Assembly (NCBI GenBank): GCA_951406725.2 | Contig: OX597817.1 | Location: forward strand, 117,820,001 to 117,944,000 | DNA length: 124,000 bases | Source: Octopus vulgaris | Taxonomy: Eukaryota | Direction: 5' to 3' | In this document: positions 61,146 through 74,524 of the stretch, in pieces | Layout: each line of letters begins with the position of its first letter | How positions within the stretch are numbered: the first letter of the stretch is position 1 | Notes under the pieces: model-generated | The model's input: only the letters and a program-made list of their open reading frames with translations | Databases searched by the model: none | Told to the model about the DNA's origin: nothing | Made by a program: the position numbers and the translations under genes

Positions 61146-62759
61146 ATTTTAGGTAGTATTCAAACTCATTTTGTGCTATTATACTGCACTCATTCAAAAG
61201 GTGATCGATACATTTGTTTTCTTTCCAGCAGATTCTGCGTTTGTTGTGCGAGTGACCTCGGTGGGGAATATTCTAATAATTAAGTTACTGAACCCGGCAT
61301 ACTTATAAAAAGAGAGCAGCAGTAAAATACTAAAGGCAGTAAGAGTCCTATGAATCTGTGACATGCACTTTATCTATTCTATATATGAGTACAGGAGCAA
61401 GAACTGCATATAAAAACACACGGTAAAAGTTGAAATAGCTAAATTATGCGAAATGAAGTCGAACGCCAGCTGTAATGTAAATATATTTCAAGTTATGTAA
61501 ACATGATTGCTTTGATAGGGTAGGAGCTTGTAGAAATATCGTTTAAATTCCCTCAAAATATATGGTTTTATTTTCAAAATTAAAAAAAAAAAAAAACGTA
61601 TCCTAGATTTCCAAAAGGAGAGAAAATCAAAGAATGTCTTTAGTCATAGACCAGCTCTATCGTGTATGTTCTGGTGAATGTATTCCTAAACAGCAACATG
61701 TGAAAAAGCAGGTCTGAAAGAAATAGTCTCAAGGTAAAATATATAAATTCGTGGAATATTATTATTCAAGGAAATAATCTATATAAAGAAATTAAAATTT
61801 GTATAACAACGTTTGTGAAAAGAAATGCACCATTATATCTTTATAAAATTATGAACGGGCCAAATAGTACAGTAATATTAGCCGAATTATCAGGATTTGT
61901 AACGAATTTTGAGGAAGATAAAGTAAACATTTTAGCAACTGTCTAAGAATATTGAAATAATTTTGAATTCTTACAAAGAGAGAAACAGGCATAACACTGA
62001 AAAATTATTGATGTTGTCAGTAATATTCCCAATTATATTCTGAAAACATCTACATTTCCTTCGGGTTATATCTTACGATTTGAGTAAAGGACTCATTACA
62101 CAATGTAGTATAGTATGGTAGTTCACTGCTAAAACACAGTTGGGCAATGGTTTGCTTAATTATGTGTGACTTGAAATTAAACAGCAGCAGCAAAAGAAGC
62201 ATCAATATTTCTGATTTGTATAAAAATTATAGTTCAAAAATTTAAAGAGGCAGCCTTATATATTCATATAACGTGTTTGTGTGTGTGTGTGTGTAACTGA
62301 GAGAGAGAGAGAGAGAAAGGGAGAAAGAGTCGGTTTGGGAGGTTGAAAAATGCACCTGAATTTACTTTTGACAAATTTTTGTGTTTCAATGGTAAATAAA
62401 AGAAGTTTAGGGGAGATTGAATATACAAGGAAAACCTCCGAAAAAAATTATGTTTAAACGATCAAAAATTTATACAAATTCCAATATTTATTACGTTTCA
62501 CAGAGCTAGATAGAAATAACTGTTCAGATGTTCGATGACTTTCATAACAACCATAAATGACTGAAAGTTCATTCACATTGAGTTTTATTGCTAATTAATT
62601 TTGTAGTGCATGAAGGCGGTTTCTTTGTCACAGGTTTTGCTTGTAAGTGTTTCAGCAGTTGTAAGCTGAAATTACTTAGTATAAGTAGGTTTTAAGAGTT
62701 TCAAAATCTGACTAATTGTAAACTGAATGACGTCACTTGTTTTTGTTCTCCTGTGGTCT

Positions 62760-63470
62760 AGGATATTGACTGGGTGGCTGCCTGAATATGTCACTCATTA
62801 TTCGGATGTTTGATAATAGTCTAGCGTTCTGCTTGAATTCCTGGTCACGTCATTTGTTAATCGATTGTTTTAATCACTTGGTTTTGGCCAAGACAGATCC
62901 AGTGCTCTCATTCATTGGTGTACTGCATACGCTATTTGTTTTTGTTAAAAGTCTTGCTAAGTTGCTTTTATGTCACTGTCTTTCTGCGTTCCGGCTAGTC
63001 GATTACTTTGAGAAGCTACTGGACTCGGTTACCACAACGATTTTTTCTTGAGTGTCTGGGTATAATAGAAAATAAAATCTAATTGATTAAGCCTGGAGCC
63101 TGAGAAGGTGCAATGTATTACTATACAGCAGTTTGGAGTTAGGGTTTCGAATCGCGGGCGCCGCCGGCTACATAAACATTTGTTTTATATCTGTTGTTTA
63201 TAGAGGTTTTTTTGTGAATAAATTAAGTTTTCCTATACTAGTGTTTTGTTATACAGTATTTAGTAATGATTTACATCACTTACTAAACATATTTTTTCGT
63301 ATTCAATCGAAAATGCGCTGAAGTATTTCCTGTGCATTAAAACAGAGGGAAAAGTTCGTGTTTTGGGTATTTGCTTGCGGGCAAAAATTTTGGAGTTTAC
63401 TTACTGCAACATTCATAGATATGCGGTCCCGAATCTGTTGCCTGTGTACCATATTTCTGTCCATCAAATC
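62760..63470 (-). mobile_element. Possible decayed 5' region of a PLE ORF
   Basis: Stop-interrupted reading NFCPQANTQNTNFSLCFNAQ...KCKSLLN resembles the C-x-IPKG-type PLE N-terminus. Weak. Confidence 0.3.
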
Positions 63471-64041
63471 TAATACAATCATTTGAAAGTGTATTACTGT
63501 TGAAAATGAATATATCGTTGAAACTGGTTTGGTACTTTGATAAATCTTTTAGAATACTTAAAAACTACAACACGTTTTAAGGTTCAGGTACGTTTTCAAC
63601 CCCCAGAACCAACTTTCTCCCTCTATCTCTCTCAGTTTTTCTATCTATCTCTCTATGTATATATATGTGTGCGTGTGTTTGCGTGAACATATATGTGTGC
63701 CAATGTCTGTGTGTGTATTGCAGTTATCAAAGAAATTACCACATACCAAAATGATATATTTATTTTACTCCTTGTACTTGAATGAATAACATATACTCAG
63801 ATTGCCTGCGTACAGACATATCGTTCATATTTGTAATGTACACGTAAATAGTACTTCTTATCCTTTATATATTTACACGTATACATAATCGGAAATAAAA
63901 GCACTTCTGAGGGCAATATAAATCTGCATTACTCTGTATTCTTTACATTCAGGGAAAATATTCTCACCTGCTTCTATTTAATCTGTTACCAGATTTGATT
64001 TAGCAAACAATTATTGCTCTACAAAATTTATTTTGATTCTG

Positions 64042-64079
<38 letters not shown>

Positions 64080-64366
64080 AATATACATGGAAGACTGCAG
64101 GTCATATATCTCACAGTTGCAATTTGCTCCCGGCATTTTGCCTGACACGTCAGTTTTGTTACAACTGATATCTGGGCAAGAGTTATTCATTTATACAAAA
64201 TGTTAGAAATTTATATTTAGATAAGGATTATTTTCACCAAATAATGATAATTTCCAAAAGGTTTCAAGCAAAATAATATAAAGCAGCATCTGTACTTATG
64301 TTTACGTTCGTGGTTGTGGTAAGAAGCTACATACATTAGATTCATACATTCGTATATGTACAAATC

Positions 64367-64410
<44 letters not shown>

Positions 64411-66327
64411 TTTATATAGACATACACTCATATACATATGTAGGTATATTTTGTATGTATATAATCACAAACATACATATAAATAGTATAAACTACTTGG
64501 CAATGTTTCACCAAAACAAGATAATCATAATTTTCACTAAATGTGACTAGGCTGTTACTAAACACTTACATTGCTAAAAAAAGACCTAAACCACTGTAAC
64601 GAGGTAGTCAGCGCACATTATGGAAACATATTCACTAACGGGGACCATAATCGTCCGAAAAATGCCGATCGTGAATTCTTAATACTGAGGCCAATTTCGA
64701 CAATTTCCGTTATTTCATCTGCTAAGGCCGCTCGATTTTTCGGCTATTTTCGAACTAGCTTCGCCCTGAATATTTATGTTTTCGTTATCCAAATTAAAAG
64801 ATGATTTAGCGATTCGCTAATGTGTATATATAAAATTAATATAAACAGCAGTTTGCAATGTTTCACCCAAAATGAGAATTATAATTGTCATTAAATGGGA
64901 CTAGTGTGTTCGGAAATATGTATATATATATATATATATATACATACATACATGCGTATAATAAGGGACTTCCAATATGCTAGAAGAATATGCTAAGCGG
65001 ACATCTAATATGCTAGAAGAAGATCATCTACGATCTAACTACAAAGAAAAGAATATTCTCTAGAGAATACCAGAACAAAAGGGGGTAAGACTGATGAAAA
65101 TATACAAAATACAGAATCAATCGTAAACACAAATAGAACTGATAGTGTAAATTTTGTAATTATATCTAATGATAATTTCCCTGAACTAGATTTTGATACG
65201 TTAGATAAAGTTAATTCCGACTGTGAAATTGACAATACCTTGAAGATATTTAGTAATAATTCTGCCTTATCACCTATCTTCGGATGTTAATTGTACTGAG
65301 ATTTTGTACATTTTTCTATATATAAATATGCTGGCACACAATGGAAACGATCGTCACTAATGCATGGTGTAATCATCAAGTGAAGATGTAATATTTTCCC
65401 TCCTTCCCGTTCTTGTTATATATACGTATATATGTATATGCAATTAGGACACGTGCAAATGCCATGCAATGGAAAAAAATAAGAAGTCTTGTTTAAGAAA
65501 GGATGATAGGATGATTTGCATTTTTATAGCATTCATAAGTTAGTTTTGTTTAACTATTCTTGACGTTCGTCTACATTCAGTTCCTCATCTTTCGCCGCTT
65601 GTTTCTCCCTTCTTTCTTCACCTCTCCCCACTCTGTCTCTCTCATTCTTAAGCCACCTCCCATTCACCTTACCTTACTAACTAATGTATAACGAATGAAT
65701 ATATAGATCGCAAAATAAGACCGATAGCTAAAGTTGTTGATCCAATATTGGCCAGAACGAGCAGGGCTTTGGCGTAATTTATTCCATCCTTTGATAACAT
65801 ATGTATCTTATCATAATGCACCTGGTGCACGCTGACGCGTTCGCAATTTCTGAGACGGTATGGTGTTATTTCACAGGTATTTGAATGTCAAATGCACGTG
65901 CTCCAACAACCGTGAAGATACTTCCTTGTTAGCTACAGAGAATGATTTTATTGATGTTCATGTCATTGTCCTTGTTATTGTTGCAGTTATTGCTGCTGTT
66001 GTTGATTCCCTATCAATCTATGAAATGAAGGAGTTAATCTCCGTGGCTACAAATTTCAAACGGAATATATACTTCTGTGCTAATCAGTGACCATTTCCTG
66101 ACATTCCTAACCACATCAATAATATACTACACCTGTGCGATTGCGCGTGAATCCACAAGAACCCGATGAGAGCAAATGAATATAATCTATACGCTATAAA
66201 ACTTGTTTATGGAGACACGTACACACGGAAGTTATATTAATTTCAAAGTAATATATTTGGAATATTAAATGCTAAATACACATTACTTGAAGTATGTAGA
66301 TGACATATACAGGAAAACATTTACTAT

Positions 66328-66370
<43 letters not shown>

Positions 66371-66458
66371 AGGAAAAATTTTTTTAAAAATGCAGAATGC
66401 TCAAATGAAAGAAAATTTTAATAAAATGAGAAAATGATAAAATATATAAATATATATT

Positions 66459-66499
66459 TATTCAACCGGTTTTCGTCATTGTATGACTTGTCAAGAATA
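66459..66499 (-). ncRNA. Hammerhead-like motif, U3-A8 variant, one U short at the cleavage site
   Basis: UAUUC-UUGACAA-GUCAU(ACA)AUGAC-GAAA-ACCGGUU-GAAUA. Confidence 0.6.
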
Positions 66500-67133
66500 T
66501 TTATGTTTTAAGAAGTTTTTTTAAAAATTAGAAAGGGGAAAAAAAGAAAATTGCATTGTTTTTTGTAAAAGAATAATGATAAAAATGTACAAAAATTAAA
66601 AAATAAGTTCTCCGATACATTGTGAGTTCGTTGTGTATCTTGAGTTTTTATGGTTGTTTACCAAAAAATTACATTGAGGTGTTAAGATCCAAAGGGATTA
66701 AGAGCATGTGATGTGTTGTGTTGTTAAATTCAGCATGTTGCAGGACAGGAAGTAGTAGTAATTGTGGTCCTGGTTCTTCAGTTCCTGTGTTGTGAGTAAG
66801 GGGAGACAACTCTTTTGAGTTCTTCAATAAAACCCAAAATTATAAAACTATCATTTTAGCTTCATTTGCATTATCTTTTTTATATAATTGCTTGTAAACT
66901 TAACTTTCAGATTTTAACACTTTATTTATATTATTTTCTAATAATATAAATCTGCATAGACAATTGCATTTCAAATTGTCATATCATTTATAATAAAAAT
67001 GATAGTAATAACAACAATAGTAAAAATGATATTTAAAGAATATAAGTTTTAGCTTGAAGTGATGAATGCATGGTATCTTTATATATTTGTGTTAGTCCAT
67101 CCATGAAGAGTGAGGTAGAGAAAGGAAGTTTGA

Positions 67134-70100
67134 TCAACGAGGAGTTTGCATATTAAGTTGTGTTTGGAATTTTTCAATAAAGGGATTCTCCTTGTTAATT
67201 CTCTCCTGTGTGGTGATCCCGTCTTTACATTGGTAGAAGGGGAATATATAGAATTTGGGGTTTAAGTCTTTAGCACATGAGTCTAAGTGGTCACTCAGTG
67301 GAATTTGTCGGTATTCCGGGAGGTTTATTTGTTCTTTATGCACCGTTACTCGTTTACGTAACGGGAGACTCGTTTGTCCAACATAATTATGTTGGCAACC
67401 AGCGCATGTGAGAACGTAGATAAGGTTCTCGGAGGAACAGGAGAAGTTAGTCTTGATTTTAAACTTCGTACCTTGTTTGAAGGTAAATTCAGAGCCTTCA
67501 AGTAGAAAGGGGCAGGTACCACAGTTTGAGCGTGCACATTTTTTTACTGTTGGGGGTGGATGTGGTGTGTGAAGTTTGGCATTTGTCAAGAGTTTTTTTA
67601 AAGATTTGTGTTGCCTTTTGCATTTGAGGATTTTGTGTGTATTTATAATGTTTTTCATTTTTGGGTCTGTTGACAGTAGACTGAGGTTTTGTATGATTGT
67701 GGTGTATGCTTCGATATTTTTGGGGTTGTGGGTGGAAATGTATGGAAGTATTTTGAGGTTGTGTGTGGTGTTAGGTTGGGTGGTTTTCAGTGTAGTGTTG
67801 TCTAGTTCTTTGGCGCGTTTTATTCCATACTCTATAAGGGTGGAGGGATATTGACGTTGTAATAGTGTTTTTTTGAGGTCTTGAAGGCGTATTTCTCGTG
67901 TTTTTGGATCCGAGACAATGGTGCATACCCTTTTAGCTAAATTGAAAGGGATATTTGTCTTGGTGTGTTTTGGGTGGCATGAACTAAAGAGGAGGTATTG
68001 TTGTGAGTCTGTAGGTTTGTGGTAGATGTCTGTTATGATTTGGTTCTTAGATGTTTTTATAATTAGGAGATCAAGGAATGGGAGATGATGTTTGCTTAAT
68101 TCCATAGTGAATTGGATGTTGGGATGTATGTTGTTTAGTATGGTTTTGAATTCCAGGAGTTTTCATAAGGTTCTTTCCATATGATGAATCAATCATCTAA
68201 ATACCTTTTCCAGTTTTCCATTAGGTAGGTGTGGAAAACATGTCCAAATTTCTGGCTTGATATTTCATAGAGTGACAGTTCGAAGTAACCCATTATGAGG
68301 TTCGCAAGGACTGGTGCAGCCTTGGTACCCATCGCAATGCCACATTTTTGACGGTAGTGTGTGTCGTCGAAGAGAAAAAAATTGTTTGTCAGAATGAACT
68401 TAAGAGATTCTGTAATAAAAGACTTGTTAATGCGGTCAGGGAATGTCTCTGGGTGTTTTTCTAGCCAGAAGTCAATTGCCTCTATACCATACTCATGTGG
68501 AATGTTGGTGTAGAGGTTGATGACATCAAAGGATACCAGGAGTGCCTCCTCGTTAACTGTTTTCGGGAGGTGTTTGAGCATGTCCAGATCATCCCTAATG
68601 AAACTTTTGATGTGGGTAAGGAAAGGTTTCAAAAGGATGTCTAGGAAGTTACTCAGGCGGTGTGTTTCACAGGAGGTACCAGCCACGATGGGCCTTAGTT
68701 TTAGGTCCTCCGGTGCTTTGATGTTGATGTGGATGTCAGTGGAGAGTTTGCAGGATTCGGTGATGTATTTGTTTTTATGGATTTTAGGAAGGCCATAAAA
68801 AAGGCTGGGCTTGCATTTGAAAATGGTGATATAATCCCTTTCTTTTTCTGTGAGTCCCTGACCGTGTTGGCGTATGAGTGTGGTGAGGTTTCTGATTGTT
68901 TTTTGCTGTTTGTAGTTGTTAATAACCTCATAGAAAATGTTATTGTTAAGCATGGAGAACACTAGGTGTTTATAAAATTCCGTGTCCATAAGGACCACAG
69001 CACTCCCTTTGTCCGCTTCTTTGATGGTGAGGTTTTTATCCAGTTGTATGTCACGTAGGTTTTCCCATTCTTCCTTACTGAAATTGGATTTTACCTTGGT
69101 TTTGCTTGGGGTAAAGGGGAGACTCTGGATGTGTTTACAGAAATCGTCCAGTGTTTTATTTCTCCCTTTTGGTGGTAGGAAGTTGCTTTTATTTCTGATC
69201 AATGAATCGTCCCCATTGTTGATATCTGTCAAAGCTTCTGTTAGGCGAAGTTTTCTGCAGAATTCAGAAACGTCATCCTTGACCTCCGGGGGTTGGGTGT
69301 TCTTGGGGTGGGTGTGAATTTCAAACCTCTTGCTAGGATGTTGATTTGGGTTGGTGTCAGTGTTTTGCTGGAGAGGTTTATAATTTTTGTTTTCTTATTT
69401 TGGGTTTGTGTTAGCGGTGGTGTTTGTATTTTTCCCCTCTGTCTAAAAAATGGTTGTTGAGGTAAGGGGTGTATTCTTTGTAAAAGTTCTGGTTGTATGT
69501 GTAGGAGTGTTTTTGGGTGGGGAGGTTGGAGGGGGTAGGTAGTTGTCGTATTTGTGTTGGTATGGGATGCGATGGTGTAAGGATTTGTGAGAAATGCGAT
69601 GGGTTTGTGGGTGTGTGTCTGGTAGATTGTATGGGGGATGTAGGGGGGTATGTAGTTGTGGTGATTGGGTTCGTGTGGGATGTGAGGGTTTGGAGATCTG
69701 TAGGAGATGTGGTAGGAATGTGGTTGTTGGATGGGTGGACTATAGGGGGTTCGTTGGGTGGGTCTTATATGTATCGGTGTGGGTAGGATGCCTTGTTTGT
69801 TATTAGTGTGAGGGAGGGGAGCCTTGAGGGGGGGATAATTTCTAGTGTATGGGAGGTTCTTGAAGGTTCTAATCGGTGGGGGAGGGGTGTTAGAGTGATT
69901 GGAAAACCAGGTTTTGTGGTGGGTCTTGTTTGAGATGTTTCGGGGGGGAAAAGGTTTTTTATATGGTAGGTGGAGGTTGTGTCCTGTTAGGAGGGGGTTT
70001 GGAGAGTATGTGTATTTGAGGTGCGGTTTGGAATGGTGTTTATGGGGTACAGTGGAAGTCTGTGTTGTGGGTACTTTTATGAATGGGTTTTTGGATTTAT

Positions 70101-70905
70101 GGTTTAATATGAATTGTGTTTCATAGTTGAGGAAGAAATCTTTGTTGTTTTCCCAGCGTTTGAGGGAGGTTCGTTCTTCCTTTTCACATTCATCTTTCCA
70201 TAGTTTAATAACAAGTTCGAGGGGCTGTTCGTTGGTGTGTGAGGTTAGTTCTAGAAGTATCTCATCGTCTATTTTTGTGTATTTTTGTTCGTGGTTTTGT
70301 GCTCTGAGTTTTAGAAGTTCTACTTCGGTTTTCATTTTTTCCAATGTTAGTTTTTCTCTTAGGGAGCGTTGTTTTTCAGGTTCGTCTGGGATGTGTTTGA
70401 TTTGGAATTTTCGGGGTAGTATGATAGGGGAGGAGTTTAACCATTTGTCGTAAATTTCAGCTTTGTTTTGGTTTTTGAGCATGTTCCAGAAGAGAAGTTT
70501 TCTGTTGTGTAGTTTCTTAGTCCAAGTAGTGATGATCTGGTTTTTAATGCGTTGTGCTGGGGTTGAAATGTGTTCCTTCTGTGTGTTGAGTGGTGTCTGA
70601 GGTCTCTTTGGCGTTGAATTGGTAAGTAGAGTTTTCAGTGTAGTGTTGATTTCATTTAGGTTTACATCTATCTTATCCGAAAGTAGAGTTTTCAGTGTAG
70701 TGTTGATTTCGTTTAGGTTTACATCAATTTTATCCGAAAGTTGTTGATGATGCTTGTTGTTTTCTGAGTTGTCCCGGGATTGAAGGAGGAGTTCGTCAAT
70801 TTTTTTGGAGAATGTAAGTAGATGTGTATTGAGTACTTTGAGTTCTTTTAGAATGGTCTTATTGGTGACTGTCTCTGTAAGAGTGCTCTTGTTTTTCGGA
70901 GGCAT
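67134..70905 (-). pseudogene. Single reconstructed ~1257-aa PLE polyprotein (N-terminal extension, RT, Cys motif, GIY-YIG)
   Basis: Frames join if one C is restored in the C-run near 69290 (KFTPTPRTPNPPEVKDDVSEFCRKLRL), TGA at 68189-68191 is read as Cys (TGT in copies 1 and 2), and one A is restored near 68162. 3772+2 nt = 1258 codons. Confidence 0.85.
70624..70737 (-). repeat. 57-bp in-frame tandem duplication in the PLE N-terminal extension
   Basis: SDKIDVNLNEINTTLKTLL occurs twice in the 554-aa ORF. Confidence 0.9.
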
Positions 70906-71073
70906 TCTGAATCACACGTGTGGTAGAGGGTACAGATCAATAAATGGTGGGGTTGTGTTGACCGCACGTGGAGAAATGATAAGTAAGGAAAAATTTTTTT
71001 AAAAATTCAGAATGCTCAAATGAAAGAAAATTTTAATAAGATGAGAAAATGATAAAATATATAAATATATCTT

Positions 71074-71114
71074 TATTCAACCGGTGTTCGTCATTGTATG
71101 ACTTGTCAAGAATA
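71074..71114 (-). ncRNA. Hammerhead-like motif in the upstream sense pLTR (GAAA changed to GAAC)
   Basis: Same as 66459-66499 except GAAC. Confidence 0.55.
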
Positions 71115-71423
71115 TTTATGTTTTAAGAAGTTTTTTTAAAAATTAGAAAGGGGAAAAAAAGAAAATTGCATTGTTTTTTGTAAAAGAATGCTGAATTTAA
71201 CAACACAACACATCACATGCTCTTAATCCCTTTGGATCTTAACACCTCAAGGTAATTTTTTGGTAAACAACCATAAAACTCAAGATACACAACGAACTCA
71301 CAATGTATCGGAGAACTTATTTTTTAATTTTTGTACATTTTTATCATTATTCTTTTACAAAAAACAATGCAATTTTCTTTTTTTCCCCTTTCTAATTTTT
71401 AAAAAAACTTCTTAAAACATAAA

Positions 71424-71464
71424 TATTCTTGACAAGTCATACAATGACGAAAACCGGTTGAATA
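71424..71464 (+). ncRNA. Hammerhead-like motif in the inverted pLTR
   Basis: Same motif as 66459-66499, on the opposite strand. Confidence 0.6.
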
Positions 71465-71595
71465 AATATATATTTATATATTTTATCATTTTCTCATTTT
71501 ATTAAAATTTTCTTTCATTTGAGCATTCTGCATTTAAAAAAAAATTTTTCCTTACTTATCATTCCTCCACGTGCGGTCAACACAACCCCACCATT

Positions 71596-71672
<77 letters not shown>

Positions 71673-71706
71673 CATACATATATATATATATATACATTTA
71701 TGCGCG

Positions 71707-71738
<32 letters not shown>

Positions 71739-73884
71739 GACTGATCCTGGAAGCATTCAGTCGGGAACCAATCTTCTTACTACACACCCACGAAACAAAT
71801 TTAAAATATTCAATTCACATACAAGAATCATATCCTTACAGTTCTAAATACCATTTTGGCAAAAATTGATGTTGCCTTCCTTCTGGAGTCGATATGTAGC
71901 CGTTGAGATGGATCGTCGATATAAACAAACCTATGGTACAAATACGAACGTATTTGTACTTAGAACGTTAAGAAACGGAACAAATGTACTGCCGATTCTA
72001 CGGATTAGATAATATTCATGCCCTATATAAAAAGGGTTTGCTGGCAAGTCAAAACATCTACATGCTCTGTAGATTTACTTGATATAGCAACAAAAATATC
72101 ACAAATTTTAGACTGCTGTAAAAGAAATGAAGGATATGATGCCACATATATTCAGTGCAGCTCAAAGAGATATGGTCTGCAAAACAGAAACAAAGAAGCA
72201 AATACGCAACACCACATACTGTAATCGCTGGTGCTCTTATATAGAGGTGTGAGACACATTTGGCGTCACTAATTTGGCATCGCAGATTCGAGCCTGACTT
72301 ACTGTTATTCAAAGTATATACGTTATTCTCGTTCCGTTTTTATCTTCTTGCATTAATCTTTATCTCTCTCCCACTTTCTCTCTCTCTATCTCTATCTATC
72401 TATCTATATAGATCTATCTATCCATCCTTCTTTATCTCAGTTGTGTGGAGGTACATTTCCCAGTGCGTGGATAGAAAAAATGACCGTCCATCATGTTCAA
72501 TATATCGCAATGCATTTCTCGCCCCTATATCTCTATATGTATATGTCTCTTTGTGCGTACATGGGTGTGTGCAAGTGCGTTTGTGTGCTTTTGTGTGATT
72601 TTTTGCGTGCGAGTATGTGTTTGTTTCCCTGAAGTACCAAAACGTGGCGTCGACAAAACAGGTTGCACGTCGAATTAGCCGTGGTATCATATACAAGTAT
72701 CATACTGGATAAAGATATTACCTTTCTTAGATAAAAATAATGCCCATATTTCACCGATAATTATATCTTGAGAAGCTAGGGTGAACATTTCGGCTTCACT
72801 ATTTGCTATTATTAAAAGTATTTGGTATTATTATGGTAGTGAGATAGTAGAATGGTTTGCACGTCCGAAAAATGCTTAGCATCATTTTCACATATCATAT
72901 GAAATGTAGCTAGAGATGTGTAGTTTACCTTTGAAATGATGTATAAACAGTAACTTTTTCGTCACTTTATTACTTCAAATTGTTTTGACAAGGCCTGCAG
73001 TTTTGAAGACTTTGTGGTAAATTAAACAGGATGAAGTATTTCCAAGACATTTTGCAATGAAATTGAAATGAAATGAATTAATCATTTTCGTGTCAAAATA
73101 TAGATGCAATCTGAAAGAATTTGGTGCTAATTGCAATATGTCAAAACATATATGGTGCTACAAATTTTTCTATATAACTCACAGTAATATTAGACGTATA
73201 CGACGTGTAGTAGAAAACCATTAAATGAGTTTAAATGTATAATGATGCAAAATCCATTGTGAAAAGATACAAAAATATCATATATTAAAGAAGAAATGAA
73301 TGAGCTACTATTTTGGGACTGAATATTACAGCAAAATCAATGACTTTAGTTTAGAAAGAACCAATATCGGACGGTGTATCCTACAAAAGCGATATGGAAT
73401 TTTGCGATCTAAAAATGGAACGCTTTTTCATATTACACTATATTACATTTTATATTCATTATTAATAATATATTGTTCTGAAACGGTTTCTATTTATTAA
73501 CGCTTTCTTGGAATATGGATTCAAAAATTAAAGGCCTATGAATTTTTCTGCTACAAATTTAACTTGAACTGTTCTGAATTGCAATAGAAATTGGTATTGT
73601 GAGAAATAGGTATCTTGGCATTGTATTATTCAATGATTCATATTTTCATTTAAAATTAATTTGAAGCTTCGAGGAAGTATATGGAAAACAAAAAAATGCA
73701 GCCATGATTTTTTATTGGACAATTTTGCCAAAATTGAATGCCACCGCATAGACAGAGAGACTTTAATACATATACGTTTACAAACAGAGGAAAATGACAT
73801 AGTCGTATATAGCAAAATATACACTTGCACACAGACAAACAGTATATATTTACGCACAATCACGCGCTTATACGTCTAAACACA

Positions 73885-73992
<108 letters not shown>

Positions 73993-74017
73993 TGTATATA
74001 TATAAATATATACACAC

Positions 74018-74089
<72 letters not shown>

Positions 74090-74093
<4 letters not shown>

Positions 74094-74400
74094 TAAAACA
74101 ACGAGGGTCCCGTTTCATATAGTCAACGGAATAGCTGGCTTGTGAAATCAACGTGCAAGTGGCTGAGAACTCCAAAGACACGTGTACTCTTCAAGTAGTT
74201 CTCAGGGAGATTCAACGTGACACAAAGTGTGACAAGGCCGGACCGTTGAAATACTGTTACTACTCACTTTTGCCAACTGCGTGGACTGGAGAAACGTGCA
74301 ATTAAGTGTTTTGCTCAAGGACACAACACGTCGCCGGGAGTTGAAATCACAACCTTACGATCGTGAGCCAAATGCCCTAACCACTAAGCCATGCGACGCA
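74090..74400 (-). mobile_element. tRNA-derived SINE, second family
   Basis: Head on the - strand (TGGCTTAGTGGTTAGGGCATTTGGCTCACGATCGTAAGGTTG). Related copies at about 33240-33425 (-), 84270-84560 (+) and 85490-85680 (+). Confidence 0.75.
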
Positions 74401-74524
74401 CACCATCATCAACATATCCACACATTACAGTCGCACACACATACACACGCATACATTCACACGTCAAAGTCACCAGCCTGTATCCACACGCACACATTTA
74501 CACACTCTCACATATCCAACGCAC

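Larger units (their letters stand above)
66367..71599 (-). mobile_element. Penelope-like retroelement, family A, copy 3 (near full length, with upstream sense pLTR and inverted pLTR)
   Basis: Three collinear ORFs (69241-70905, 68189-69232, 67134-68105). The 3' region is repeated upstream of the ATG (70934-71189) and again in inverted orientation (71188-71599). (TA)n at both outer ends. Confidence 0.95.
70934..71599. repeat. Sense pLTR (70934-71189) joined to an inverted pLTR (71188-71599)
   Basis: 70934-71189 repeats the element's 3' end (66367-66570 and the copy-1 terminus). 71188-71599 is the reverse complement of about 66367-66735 plus the terminal ~45 nt. Confidence 0.92.
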
